From Thermoplasmatota archaeon (GTDB taxonomy: Archaea; Thermoplasmatota; Thermoplasmata; UBA10834), in the NCBI GenBank assembly GCA_040751795.1, contig JBFMHR010000005.1:74282-138281 (forward strand): a DNA stretch of 64,000 bases, given 5' to 3'. Every line of letters begins with the position of its first letter. Position 1 is the stretch's first letter. The notes below the pieces were generated by a model. The model worked only from the letters and a program-made list of their open reading frames with translations. It ran no database searches and was not told the origin of the DNA. Shown in pieces: positions 26,538 through 36,948 of the stretch. The position numbers and the translations under genes are program-made.

Positions 26538-27992
26538 TCACGGCAGCGGCGGGAGGGGCTCCCCGCCGAGGCATTCGACGATCTCCGCGTACCCGTCGTA
26601 GAGTGCGGCCGCCCCCTCGTCGGAGAGGTGGCTCCCCTGGCTGGCCGCGCGCACCTGGTGGTAGAAGGCGTCCAGGAGGTTGAGGCATAGGTCGGTCTGG
26701 CCGAGGTCGAACGCGGCCTGAGCGACGATGATCTCCGCTATGAGCCCGTTCTCGGAATAGCCGGGGAACTCGTCTGAGTAGGCCTGCACTATCGGCAGCA
26801 GGTCCATGGGCTCGCACAGGTCCACGGGCGGCTCCTCGTCCCGCACCTCTACGAGCATCTCCACGGACGACATGGGCGCCTTCCCGTCCCACCCGCCGAT
26901 CGCCAGGACGGTCCCGTTGGCGGTGACGGCGCTGCCGTGCATGCCCCGCGCCTTGGCCATCGCGTCCTCCACTCTCCACGAGAAATCGCACGGGCAGAGG
27001 CTCTCTGTCGAGTTGGACGTGCCCAGGGTGCTCCACGAGCCCGTGGACACGATCCATCCGGCCGGCAGCACCTCGAGTCCGAAATTGGCCCTGGGCGAGG
27101 CCATCCCGTCCACCGGGACCCACATCCCCAGGCTCGGGCCGTACACCTCCGCCGACGACAGGACCGTCCCGTCGGAGACACCCCCGGAGACGAGGACGTC
27201 CCCGTCCCCGAGGACTGCCGACGACGCGCTGTAGCGCTTGTACGCCATGTCGGCGACGGAGCCCCAGGAGTTGCCGTCCGGGTCGTACTCCTCGCTCGTG
27301 CCCTCGGAGTCCCCTCCTATGGCGAGGGCGCCCCCGTCGGGCAGCGGCTGGATCGTGAAGAAGGCCCTTGCATAGGCCATCGTGCCGGCGGGGACGAACG
27401 AGTGCGTGCCGGGGTCGTAGGCCTCGGCGTACTTCCACACGCCGGTCACCCAGTCGGTGCCTCCCGCTACGAGGACATCCCCGTCCCCCAGGCGCAGGGC
27501 GGCGTGCCCGGACCTCGCGAAGGCCATGTCGCCGACATAGAGGCATGCGCCGAGCCCGAGGTCCAGGACCTCCGCGGACGAGGTGGCGCCGGAGCCGGTG
27601 TCCCCTCCAGCGATGAGGACGGTGCCGTCCGAGAGCAGGGTAGCCGTGTGGCCCACGCGGGCGACGTTCATGCTCGGTCCCGGCCTCCAGGAGTCGCCCT
27701 CGGGGTCGTACACCTCGGTCGTCTTGGTGGGCCCGGCGGTCGACATCCCGCCTATGACCAGAATGTCACCATCTGGCAGTTCTACAACCTGGGGCGATGA
27801 GCGCGGGAAGATCATGGGGGCGGCGTCGAACCAGAGGAGCGAAGTGCTCCCCGTGTCGAGGTCGGGGACCCTGTCGATCGGGAAGGTGGAGTAAGCGTAC
27901 GGGGCTGCGCCTCCGAGGCCCATCACGAGGATGAGGGAGAGGACGGCCGCCGCTGAGCCCCTGAAGTCTCCCTTGGAATAGAGTGCATCCAC
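26538..27992 (-). CDS. Secreted Kelch-repeat beta-propeller protein
   Basis: 484 aa with a signal-like N-terminus and at least six repeats of the GG...VYDP..(D/N)SW Kelch pattern. GTG start. Confidence 0.65.
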   Translation of the reverse strand: MDALYSKGDFRGSAAAVLSLILVMGLGGAAPYAYSTFPIDRVPDLDTGSTSLLWFDAAPMIFPRSSPQVVELPDGDILVIGGMSTAGPTKTTEVYDPEGDSWRPGPSMNVARVGHTATLLSDGTVLIAGGDTGSGATSSAEVLDLGLGACLYVGDMAFARSGHAALRLGDGDVLVAGGTDWVTGVWKYAEAYDPGTHSFVPAGTMAYARAFFTIQPLPDGGALAIGGDSEGTSEEYDPDGNSWGSVADMAYKRYSASSAVLGDGDVLVSGGVSDGTVLSSAEVYGPSLGMWVPVDGMASPRANFGLEVLPAGWIVSTGSWSTLGTSNSTESLCPCDFSWRVEDAMAKARGMHGSAVTANGTVLAIGGWDGKAPMSSVEMLVEVRDEEPPVDLCEPMDLLPIVQAYSDEFPGYSENGLIAEIIVAQAAFDLGQTDLCLNLLDAFYHQVRAASQGSHLSDEGAAALYDGYAEIVECLGGEPLPPLP

Positions 27993-28112
27993 TCCTGTCC
28001 CTCCCCCGGAACGGCTGTGCCCGCGCGGTCTCCCCGACGCTGCTAAGACAGGCCTTCGCTACGTACCCGAACGCGCAGCCCGATTATGCACTTTTCGATG
28101 CACTGACTCGGC

Positions 28113-29330
28113 TCACGCCTCGGCGGTCTCGTTCGCCTCGGGCTGCGGCTCGGGGGGCACCTCGACGATGGGCTCCACGACCTTCGCGGAGCGCTCGAGG
28201 AGGGCCAACTCCTTGGTGCTCAGGACCCGCGGGTCTATTACGACGACAATGGCGCAGTCGTGGGCGAGGACGAAGTCGTGAAGGTGGTTCACGAACCTCA
28301 GGACCGTCTCGAAGTCGTTCTGGGTGATGAGGTACTCCGCCCCCTCGATCAGCACGACGGTCTTGGCGCGGTCCTCGACGAACCTGGAGATCTTGAGGCT
28401 CACGAGGCTGAGCTCGGTGGGATCCACGTGGCTCGCGCCGGCCCTGCGGGTGAGCCAGAGGATGCTCTTCGCCTCGAACTCGTGCACCTCCTTGAGCCTG
28501 TTGGGGTGCTCCCTGGATATGAGCATCCCCTCGGCGCCGTGGGCCACGGCCTCGTTGTACATGGAGAACGCGACGTTCGGCCTCTTCTCCTTGACCAGGT
28601 AGATGAACCCCCTCTCGATGGGGAACTGCTCGCCCGGGAGGGGCCTCAGGACGGGGAACCCCTCGCCGTTCACGGCCGTCACCGCGGCTGCCCTTGCGGA
28701 GGCCCCGCCAGCGCCGGAGCCGCGCCTGTAGTAGAGCACCGCGCCTATGGCGCCGAGCGAGATGACCAGGGCCGCGGCGGCGATGTACGGGATGTAGTCG
28801 GTGGAGACGGTAGCGCCATTGGTGGGCAGCTCCTGCTCCTCCGCCTCGACCACGAAGTCCCTGTAGGTTATGCCCGTGCCCCAGACATAGGAGATGTTCC
28901 CCCAGGCCGTGTGCACCAGGTAGTCGAGCCTGAAGTAGTAGCTGTATGTCTGGGCGCAGGCGTCGTCCGGCACGGTGAGGTTGACGGCGTAGGTCTCGAT
29001 GCCGACCCCGTCGGGCGCGAGCCAGGAGGAGTTGCCCGAGACGTTGTTCCAGGCCCACTCGTTCGGGGCCATCCAGTAGAAGTGGACGCTGACGTTGGTC
29101 ACCTTGACCATGTACGCCAACGAGTCGTAGACGTAGTCCCCTGAGGCCATCTGGTTGACCACGGTGACCTCGATCGAGAAGTCGTCCCCGGCGCAGTAGG
29201 AGCTCTGGGCGGGGACGAAGCCGAAGTCGACGGATATGGCGTCCTCGAGGGCGGACGAGCCGGAGGACGCGGCTAGGAGCGCTAGCGGTATGAGCATCAC
29301 TGCGAGAACGGGCCTCGGTGCCGCGGCCAT
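28113..29330 (-). CDS. Membrane protein with extracellular sequon-rich domain and cytoplasmic DUF835 domain
   Basis: Signal peptide, an extracytoplasmic domain (several N-x-S/T), and one TM helix (YIPYIAAAALVISLGAIGAVLYY). The C-terminal region (GAEGMLISREHP...VVLIEGAEYLITQNDFETVLRFVNHLHDFVLAHDCAIVVVIDP) matches the DUF835 pattern seen in archaeal sensor-like proteins. Confidence 0.55.
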   Translation of the reverse strand: MAAAPRPVLAVMLIPLALLAASSGSSALEDAISVDFGFVPAQSSYCAGDDFSIEVTVVNQMASGDYVYDSLAYMVKVTNVSVHFYWMAPNEWAWNNVSGNSSWLAPDGVGIETYAVNLTVPDDACAQTYSYYFRLDYLVHTAWGNISYVWGTGITYRDFVVEAEEQELPTNGATVSTDYIPYIAAAALVISLGAIGAVLYYRRGSGAGGASARAAAVTAVNGEGFPVLRPLPGEQFPIERGFIYLVKEKRPNVAFSMYNEAVAHGAEGMLISREHPNRLKEVHEFEAKSILWLTRRAGASHVDPTELSLVSLKISRFVEDRAKTVVLIEGAEYLITQNDFETVLRFVNHLHDFVLAHDCAIVVVIDPRVLSTKELALLERSAKVVEPIVEVPPEPQPEANETAEA

Positions 29331-29404
29331 CTCCCTTCCCCGACGCGGTCAGTGCGCGTCGTCACCCCAATCACCGAATCGCTACATAAACAGTTGGCCA
29401 ACGG

Positions 29405-29881
29405 TCAGACCAGTACGCGCTTCTCCTCCTTGGTGATGTTGAGGACGACCTGCGTGTAGGTGCGGTCGACGTTCGGGTGGTCCAGGACCTTCTTGACGAA
29501 GGTGTTCAGCTCCGCCCTGGACTTGAACCTCGCCTCGACTATGGCGTCCCATTCTCCCGTGGAATCATAGACGGCGAACACCCCGGCCTCCTTGGCGAGG
29601 TCCTTCTCCGTGTCGATGATCTTCCCGTGCATGACCTTGATGCCTATGACGGCCATGATGTCGTACCCGAGCTTGGTCGCGTCGACGACGGGGATGTAGC
29701 CCTGGATGATGCCGGTGCGCTCGAGGATCTTGACCCTGTTGGAGACGGTCGTGAGGGAGACCTGGAGCTCCTTGGCGATGTCCCTGAAGCTCTTGCGGGC
29801 GTTCTCGTTCAGGCTCCTGATGATGTCCATGTCGAGCTCGTCCAGGTCCACGACGTCCGCGACCCTCTTTTCAGCCGCCAT
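29405..29881 (-). CDS. Lrp/AsnC-family transcriptional regulator
   Basis: A 158-aa frame from MAAEKRV with an HTH region (SFRDIAKELQVSLTTVSNRVKILE) and a C-terminal RAM domain. A TATA-like AGATATTTATC lies about 28 nt upstream in an AT-rich intergenic region. Confidence 0.8.
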   Translation of the reverse strand: MAAEKRVADVVDLDELDMDIIRSLNENARKSFRDIAKELQVSLTTVSNRVKILERTGIIQGYIPVVDATKLGYDIMAVIGIKVMHGKIIDTEKDLAKEAGVFAVYDSTGEWDAIVEARFKSRAELNTFVKKVLDHPNVDRTYTQVVLNITKEEKRVLV

Positions 29882-30202
29882 CGGGACGCCCAAGCACTTC
29901 TGCTGATAAATATCTTGCACCTGTACGCCCATTGTGTGGTCGAAATAGCGGGATTGCGCTAATATTATGGTCATTCGACCTGTTTTTCCCGAACAATGTT
30001 GATATATGGCCGAATACATACAGTACGTGCCGGAGGTCGTCAAGTATGCCAGGGGATGCTATTTGTTCTGAGGCGCGCCTGAAGTACTGGGAGGAGGAGT
30101 GGCTGTCCCAGCTGATCTCGGAGGCGCTCCGGCTGAAGAAGCACGCCCCGGAGGAGGACAAGTCCGCGTCCTCCGTGAAGGGCCAGGACCTCTCGTGAAC
30201 GG

Positions 30203-31483
30203 TCAGGCCTTCGTCGGTTTCTCGTCCCTGGGCTCCGCTATCTTCCTGAAGAATAGGTAGAAGATCAGCGTGCCGGCGATGTACATGATCGATGTGTAGT
30301 AGAAAGGCTCCGCGCTCGAGTAGTCGTTCGCCCAGATGTAGCCGCTGACGGCGTACGCGGCGGAGAACGCCAGGGTCCATGCGAGCTGGCTGATGGCCCA
30401 GAACGAGGCCCTCACCTCCTCGCTCACGATGTTCATGAGGTACGCGTTCAGGACCGGGATGGGCACGAGCATGAGCAGGCTCCTGAGGGTGAAGAGCACC
30501 GCCACGAGCAGGAGCGAGAACGCGGAGTAGGGTATGGCGAAGAGGAACCCGACGGAGGCGAGCTGGCACACGGTTATGAGCAGGACGGACCCCCGTGCCT
30601 CCGCGTACTTGGGGACGACGAACCAGCCCACGGCGACGGCTATGTTGGAGGCGGTGACCATCGCCGTCAGCTGGAGGGAGTCGGCGCCCATGCCCTCCTG
30701 GAAGACCAGGGGGAGCCAGGGGATGACGAGGCCTGCGCCGACGCCTATGAGGGCGTTCTGGAAGGAGTAGACGAAGAGCCTCTTGAGGAAGACCCGGTCG
30801 AAGCTCACCCTCAACTTCTCGCCCTTGGCCTTGACCTCCGACACCCTGAGGATGTAGAACACGGGCACGACGCTCGCCAGGGCGGCGGCGAGGACCACGA
30901 GCCAGTAGCCGTCGGTGAGCTCGAAGCCGTAGTTGGTCAGGAGGAACCCGGGGAAGAAGATGCCCGTGGCGCTGGCGATGGTGATGGCTATCTGGTTGGA
31001 GAAGCCCTGGAGTCCGTAGAAGAACTTGAGCCTGGTCGGGGCGGCCTTGCTCGCCATGAGGGCGACGATCGATGGCTGGACCAGGGACGAGCCGAGGCTG
31101 ATGAGCCCCTCGGCGACGATGAACACGGCGAGGTTCGGCTCGTACAGGAAGAGCGCCGCGCCGGCCGTGTTGAAGACGAGCCCCATCAGGAGGAGCTTCT
31201 TGCGGCCCAGGATGTCGGCGAGGAAGCCGCTGAAGAGGAGGCTGACGACGCCGACAGCGGAGCCGATGCCGCCGATGAGGCCGATCTCCTCCGAGGTGAA
31301 GCCGAGGGCGTCCCAGTAGAGGGAGATGACGTACCAGGTGACGCCGCCCAGGATTCCCATGAAGAAGGAGGCGTTGATGATCCGGTGCTCGTCCTTGCTG
31401 CTGGATGAGTAATACCGGAAGGTCTCCCCGGCGCTTGCCTGCCCCGCCTGCGCAAGCCCCTTGACGGTCCCTCGCATCCCCAT
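30203..31483 (-). CDS. MFS-family transporter
   Basis: 426 aa with 12 TM helices and an ADILGRKK-type MFS loop motif. Confidence 0.7.
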   Translation of the reverse strand: MGMRGTVKGLAQAGQASAGETFRYYSSSSKDEHRIINASFFMGILGGVTWYVISLYWDALGFTSEEIGLIGGIGSAVGVVSLLFSGFLADILGRKKLLLMGLVFNTAGAALFLYEPNLAVFIVAEGLISLGSSLVQPSIVALMASKAAPTRLKFFYGLQGFSNQIAITIASATGIFFPGFLLTNYGFELTDGYWLVVLAAALASVVPVFYILRVSEVKAKGEKLRVSFDRVFLKRLFVYSFQNALIGVGAGLVIPWLPLVFQEGMGADSLQLTAMVTASNIAVAVGWFVVPKYAEARGSVLLITVCQLASVGFLFAIPYSAFSLLLVAVLFTLRSLLMLVPIPVLNAYLMNIVSEEVRASFWAISQLAWTLAFSAAYAVSGYIWANDYSSAEPFYYTSIMYIAGTLIFYLFFRKIAEPRDEKPTKA

Positions 31484-31561
31484 TATATTGCGACCTTGGT
31501 CGAGAGAATGCGCTCGTTCGTATTAATGTGACGATGGCACCGTCTGTATGTGGTTAATCTT

Positions 31562-32623
31562 ATGACTGAGCACTGTCCTCTGCATGGTGTGGCCAATGTC
31601 TGGGGACGCCTGACCGAGGTCGTCGATCGATTCTTCCCACTTGATAGCCCACGAAGGAAGGTAGTCCAGCTAGTATCCGTAGTCCTGTTAGTCGAGGGCA
31701 TTTCGGTTCTTCTCCTCTTTTCCTACGTCGGCCCTCTGCTCGGGCTCATCTCCATTCTACTCGGCGCGGGTCTCATGGCTCTGTTCTTCAGAGCTGAGGA
31801 GGAGCAGCGAGCGCAATCATATGAGCCGCTTGGCATGCGAATCGTATCGACACTCACTAGGAGTATTGGCGGCGAGTATGCGTTGATGGTTCTCGGCGCG
31901 GTTCTGATCATTCTTGTGGTCCTATACAACGCATTTGTCTCGGAGACCCCGGACTACGGAGACGTCGACGTCATAATAATGGTGTTCAGCGGACTGTTGA
32001 TAGTCTTCCCATTCGTGCCAGATCAATGGCGGATTGAGGCGACGTTCGCAGTAGTGTTCATCGGATTCGTCACTCTGCTGTTGGCTGTTCCTCAAGCAAT
32101 CACATCTCTGGGTGGCGAGGGAGACGCTAGCTCCATAGGCAATTGGTATGTCCACTACATGCTCGCGGCCCCATTCGCATCAATCTTGGATCTACTAGGG
32201 ATTCCATCGAGTTCAATCGGGAATCTGGTGACTCTGCAATTCCAGGACGGATCCATTCACACACTGGAGATATCTGCATATTGTGCTGGCCTCTATTCAT
32301 TCTCGATTTTCTTGTCCGCGTTCTTCTCGTACGTATTAGTTCTTGAGAAGCTCAGGGCCAGTGTCTTGGCGGCAGTTCTTGGACTGGGCGTCTTGGTTGC
32401 CTATCTGGGGAACCTCTTCAGGATGGTAGTCGTGGGCGTCGTGGGATACTACTGGGGAATAGAAGCGCTGCATTGGGCTCACCAGAATGCTGGATGGATC
32501 ATCTTCATATCATGGTCGGCGTTGTTCTGGTGGATTATCCTCAGCCGCTTCAGCAGCGATGTGCCCGCGAGAGAAGGTCAGCTGAGTCCAGAGGCGACCC
32601 GAGAGCATGAGGAGACTGACTGA
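31562..32623 (+). CDS. Exosortase/archaeosortase-family polytopic membrane protein (archaeosortase candidate)
   Basis: About 8 TM helices, a conserved-looking Cys in ISAYCAGLYSFS, and an N..R pair in GNLFRMV consistent with the Cys/Arg/Asn catalytic signature of this family. ATG at 31562 with a TATA-like GTATTAATG about 30 nt upstream. First gene after the GC drop. Confidence 0.5.
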   Translation: MTEHCPLHGVANVWGRLTEVVDRFFPLDSPRRKVVQLVSVVLLVEGISVLLLFSYVGPLLGLISILLGAGLMALFFRAEEEQRAQSYEPLGMRIVSTLTRSIGGEYALMVLGAVLIILVVLYNAFVSETPDYGDVDVIIMVFSGLLIVFPFVPDQWRIEATFAVVFIGFVTLLLAVPQAITSLGGEGDASSIGNWYVHYMLAAPFASILDLLGIPSSSIGNLVTLQFQDGSIHTLEISAYCAGLYSFSIFLSAFFSYVLVLEKLRASVLAAVLGLGVLVAYLGNLFRMVVVGVVGYYWGIEALHWAHQNAGWIIFISWSALFWWIILSRFSSDVPAREGQLSPEATREHEETD

Positions 32624-32769
32624 CGCGCCCCCTCCAACAGACTCGTCGTCTTGACGAATGCTGGCGTTGATATCTTAGTCGATGTGGCTGATGCACACCG
32701 CTTCATGCTTCACGTTAGTCTATGAGTACGAAGCGTGGCCCCATCAATCGTCTTCGAAGCCGCACTTTC

Positions 32770-33768
32770 CTATAGCGGCTTGGACTCGGAGGGCGGGAAG
32801 AATCTGCGCTTGAGAATCCACGAGCCTACGCGGAATGGATGGGCCTTGATCAGGCTTCTCGTGTTGCAGACCATCCAGCAATCCATGTTGCAGTTCGTCA
32901 CGGCCTTTCTGAGATCGTATTCGTCGATGTTCGCCGCAAATTCGTCCCAACTGCGGTGTTGGGTGATGTTGCCGAGCTTCTTGTTCATCACATTGCACGG
33001 ATAGACATCCCCATTTGGCGCTATGAAGACGTACTCTTTTCCGGCCTCACATGAAGATGTATATCGGTGTCTCTCGCCGACGTCGATTATCCCGTTTGTG
33101 TGATATGCTCTCAGCCAGTCCTTCGCGTGTTTCGAATGGAGCTGGGCTTCAACGACTGAGGCTATGCTATTCGAGTCACTGATCCCACTGCTCGTTTCAG
33201 TAGGGTTGTCATCTTTGCAGAAGTAAACATCAGAGTTGTGGACATGGACGCACGTGAATTCGACGTCAAGGCCGCGAGCCAGGGCAAAGACGTCTCGTAC
33301 TTCCTTTGAATTCTCACGCATGATGGTCATTGCGATTCTTAGGTCGCGTATCCCGAGATTCTTGAGGGCAGTCACTGTGGTCAGGGCCTTATCATAGGCT
33401 CCTTCAATTCCTCTGATGGTATCGTGTGTCTTTCCTATGCCATCGATGGACACACCAACGCCCACGCGAGGGTGGAAGTGCATTATCTCCTTGATCGTCG
33501 ACGTGATTCGCGCAGTCAGAAACCCGTTCGTCGAGAACACTATCCGAGAAGATGGGACAATGCTGTGAATCTCTCTTATGACTTCTACTAAGTCATGGCG
33601 AAGAAATGGCTCTCCGCCGGTTATGTTGATTGTTTTGAGGGATGGCGGTATCTTGTGATAATCCGCAGGTGTCATCTCTGCGCCAGGATCCAGCTTCCAG
33701 ATGTTACACATGCTGCACTTGGAATTGCACCTGTAAGTGACAGCGATAAAAGCCTCTCGGATCCTCAC
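32770..33768 (-). CDS. Radical SAM enzyme with SPASM-like C-terminal domain
   Basis: YRCNSKCSMCN is a CxxxCxxC motif near the N-terminus. GGEPFL and STNG motifs are present. C-terminal cysteines (CEAG...YPCNVM...CNMDCWMVC). Confidence 0.7.
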   Translation of the reverse strand: MRIREAFIAVTYRCNSKCSMCNIWKLDPGAEMTPADYHKIPPSLKTINITGGEPFLRHDLVEVIREIHSIVPSSRIVFSTNGFLTARITSTIKEIMHFHPRVGVGVSIDGIGKTHDTIRGIEGAYDKALTTVTALKNLGIRDLRIAMTIMRENSKEVRDVFALARGLDVEFTCVHVHNSDVYFCKDDNPTETSSGISDSNSIASVVEAQLHSKHAKDWLRAYHTNGIIDVGERHRYTSSCEAGKEYVFIAPNGDVYPCNVMNKKLGNITQHRSWDEFAANIDEYDLRKAVTNCNMDCWMVCNTRSLIKAHPFRVGSWILKRRFFPPSESKPL

Positions 33769-33891
33769 ATCAGTTTATGAGCGAACAAGGTCTATATATC
33801 TATTGTTGGCCTATAGCCAGGTCTGCGAGATCCGGATTTCTGATGGATCTTGCTGGTCTGCGCGGCTCGTGAACCGAGAGGTCTGTGGCGA

Positions 33892-35112
33892 ATGCGGAAC
33901 ATGAGAGTTCTGATGCTTGCACCGGAGTTCCTTCCCGTCAGAGGAGGTGTCGGCAACTACATTGCAGAGATATCAAAGCGGGTCCCGCACGATGTGGAAA
34001 TGTACGTTGTGACTCCCAGGCAGGGCACAAATGAGTCGGAACATGCACAGATCAACGGCAATGAGGATTTCGTGTCTTCAGACAATGTTCACGTGGTGTA
34101 TCTTGGAGAAGCACAGGACTACTTCTTCGGCAATTTCCCATTTCAGGTCAACTGCGGATTTGAATTGAGAAGAATGATTCGCGATTTGAGGATAGATATC
34201 GTCCATTCTCACAGCGCGATGCCCGACTACTTCGTTTCCCCGGACTCCACCGGGGTTCCGTTCTTGACCACCATTCACACTACCCTTGAGGGACACAAGA
34301 ACGCCCTGAAGGCGTCTGGAAGCAGATTCACGGAGCTTTCGATGCACGAGAGGTTCGCTCTTCTCCTCGCACCCGCTCTGAAACGCTTCGAGGACGCATA
34401 TTACAGTAAGAATCGACACTATTCAACAGTCTCAGAATGGGGCAGGGAGAGAATCGTTGAAGAGAAGAAGATACCCCGCGACAGAGTCCGAGTGATTCGA
34501 CCAGGGGTTGACACATCCATATTCAGCCCTTCAAAGAGAGAAGTGCCATTAGAGGCGATTGACGACATAGAGTCTCCAAGAGTCCTGTATCTCTCTAGGA
34601 TGGCAACCAGGAAGGGCATATACCTCCTTCTCAAGGCTATTCCTAGGATCCTCAAGAGACTGGACGCTCACTTCCTCATCGCTGGATCTGGGACACTCCA
34701 GGCAGAGTTGGTCCCGCGGAGCAACACAACGTTTCTAGGACAAGTTCCAATGTCACATCCCCCACTTCTCTATGCCAAATCCGATGTCTTCGTGTTGCCA
34801 TCGCTCTATGAGAATTTGCCGGTCTGTCTATTGGAATCGATGGCGTCAGGTTGCGCTGTTGTATGCTCGGACGTAGGCGGTGTGAGGGAGGTGGTCGATC
34901 ATGAGAGGACCGGATTGGTCATTAGGCCGAATGACATCACATCCATTGAGACTGCCATCATTCGTATGATTGAGGACGACAATCTCAGAAGAGAGATGAC
35001 AAGGAATGCGATGCAATCAATCACTAGGGAGTTCAAGTGGGAGTCGACAGCATCACAGACAATGGCTCACTATCAAGACATCCTTGATGGAGTGGAAAGG
35101 ACCAGTGAGTGA
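33892..35112 (+). CDS. Glycosyltransferase family 4 (GT-B, retaining)
   Basis: N-terminal MRVLMLAPEFLPVRGGVGNY. C-terminal E-x7-E region (ENLPVCLLESMASGCAVV). A TATA-like box lies in the divergent intergenic region. Confidence 0.75.
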   Translation: MRNMRVLMLAPEFLPVRGGVGNYIAEISKRVPHDVEMYVVTPRQGTNESEHAQINGNEDFVSSDNVHVVYLGEAQDYFFGNFPFQVNCGFELRRMIRDLRIDIVHSHSAMPDYFVSPDSTGVPFLTTIHTTLEGHKNALKASGSRFTELSMHERFALLLAPALKRFEDAYYSKNRHYSTVSEWGRERIVEEKKIPRDRVRVIRPGVDTSIFSPSKREVPLEAIDDIESPRVLYLSRMATRKGIYLLLKAIPRILKRLDAHFLIAGSGTLQAELVPRSNTTFLGQVPMSHPPLLYAKSDVFVLPSLYENLPVCLLESMASGCAVVCSDVGGVREVVDHERTGLVIRPNDITSIETAIIRMIEDDNLRREMTRNAMQSITREFKWESTASQTMAHYQDILDGVERTSE

Positions 35113-35139
35113 ACGGAGGTCGATGGTATCAGGTTCCTG

Positions 35140-36333
35140 ATGGTGAGCACGTATTTCCCGCCCTATCATGCGGGCGGGGATGCAATGATGGTGAAATACC
35201 TCTCTGACGAACTCATGCGTAGAGGACACGAAGTCGCTGTCTTCTCAAACCCCTCCATCTATCGTCTGCTGAAGTCCGCGGAACCGAAGAAGGATGATAG
35301 AACGGACGCGCCGTCGATTCATGCTTGCGAATACTCACCTTTGTCGGGCCGGCTCGAACTATTCGCCGACTATTTCCTGGGATTGTCTGACAGAGCATCC
35401 AAGCACCTGCGTACCCTGGTCAGGGACTATCGGCCGGATGTCGTGCACTGGCACAATACCAAGGGATTCATGAGCACACCGGTTCGTGTAGATGGTCCGA
35501 TATCGTTGTATACCGCTCACGATTACTATGCATTCTGCCCTAGGACGAATCTAATCACGCCTAACAGCATCTCGTGCCTAAGTCCAGCTTACTGTCAGCT
35601 ATGTCTGTTAAGGTGGCACAAGTTGCCGCAGCCATGGAGATGCGGAGGTCGAAGGGTCCTTAGATTACCCTCCGATACAAGAGTCATAGCTCCATCTCAA
35701 TACATGGCAACGAGACTGGAGGCGGAAGGCATCAAGAGCCCCAGAGTAATCAGGAACTTCGTTCTGGACCGGGGCATCGTTTCTGGACCAACACATAGGG
35801 ATTCTATGACCTATTTGGGGGTTCTTGAACCCCATAAGGGTTTGGGGACCTTGATGGACGCATTCATGAAGAGTGCATCGAGCCATGATTTCAACCTGAA
35901 CATCATCGGGCAGGGTTCAATGAAAGGGTCTTTGGAGAGCAGGGCTTCGAAGAGCGGCTTGTCAGACCGAATTCGCATCCACGGGTTCATCCCCTACAGC
36001 CAACTCGATGAGATTCTCAGAGGGACAGCAGCTCTCCTGGTGCCATCCGAATGGCCTGAGAACTCTCCCCTCGTGGTACTGGAGGCCTTGTCCAAGGGAA
36101 TCCCCGTGATAGGTTCGCGTGTGGGTGGGCTGCCAGAGATCATCAATGAGGCGTCTGGTTCTCTTCTGTTTGAACCTGGAGATGTTACGCAACTCTCAGA
36201 GGCAATGCAAACAGTCTGGAGTGACGGTGACTTCTCCAGCACTCGCCAGCGGAAGGCCAGAGTCTCATACGAGTCCATGTTCACCCCTGATGCGCATATT
36301 AATGCGTATCTCAGATTGATACATAGCATCTGA
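35140..36333 (+). CDS. Glycosyltransferase family 4
   Basis: FPPYHAGGDAMMVKYL N-terminus and EWPENSPLVVLEALSKGIPVIGSRVGGLPE C-terminal GT4 signature. 27-nt spacer after the previous GT4 with a GGAGGT element. Confidence 0.75.
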   Translation: MVSTYFPPYHAGGDAMMVKYLSDELMRRGHEVAVFSNPSIYRLLKSAEPKKDDRTDAPSIHACEYSPLSGRLELFADYFLGLSDRASKHLRTLVRDYRPDVVHWHNTKGFMSTPVRVDGPISLYTAHDYYAFCPRTNLITPNSISCLSPAYCQLCLLRWHKLPQPWRCGGRRVLRLPSDTRVIAPSQYMATRLEAEGIKSPRVIRNFVLDRGIVSGPTHRDSMTYLGVLEPHKGLGTLMDAFMKSASSHDFNLNIIGQGSMKGSLESRASKSGLSDRIRIHGFIPYSQLDEILRGTAALLVPSEWPENSPLVVLEALSKGIPVIGSRVGGLPEIINEASGSLLFEPGDVTQLSEAMQTVWSDGDFSSTRQRKARVSYESMFTPDAHINAYLRLIHSI

Positions 36334-36464
36334 GTCTTTGAATCACGTGACGCATGGAGGATTTCGGCGCGGTCCCCGCCCTCGACGAAGGTCGCGGTCA
36401 CGTTTTAGATGAAGTCCTAAGGCTTGAGGTGTGACGACTCCATCACTCTTGCTACGAGTGCTAT

Positions 36465-36818
36465 TTAGATTTCCATCTGGACTTCGTTCTTGAGACAGTC
36501 CAAACAATGCATCAATGTCTGATAGGCGCTGTCTGGAGAGAGGCCGATGCCGATGATCTCAGGCATGTACGTCCCCTCATACCGCTCGGCGATGGTGTAC
36601 TTGGGACTTGGATTCGGTAAGCGATTGGCGGCCATGATGAACGCCCGCTCGCCTACCAGCTGCCCGTTCCTCTTCGGGGCTGCCTGGCTGACGGTGTCTA
36701 TCGACCCAAACCGCTCCGCGATGGCGTGGAGCTCCTTCGCCGTGTCGTACTCAATCGTTACTCCCACCTGCGTCCTCCTTCTTTGGAGAGGTCCCCACAA
36801 TGCATCCCGGGAAGGCAT
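36465..36818 (-). CDS. Hypothetical protein (117 aa)
   Basis: Open frame with no recognisable motif. Could be spurious. Confidence 0.2.
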   Translation of the reverse strand: MPSRDALWGPLQRRRTQVGVTIEYDTAKELHAIAERFGSIDTVSQAAPKRNGQLVGERAFIMAANRLPNPSPKYTIAERYEGTYMPEIIGIGLSPDSAYQTLMHCLDCLKNEVQMEI

Positions 36819-36948
36819 CGAGTCAGGATGTCTTCAGCCTATTGGCAGGGATGCTAGCTCAAAGAATTGCATAAGATGGGCTCGGTCGTCGAGAACATCG
36901 TATCCACCTTCGCCCGCTGATGGCAAGCGCATTCGACGAACTCCCTCT

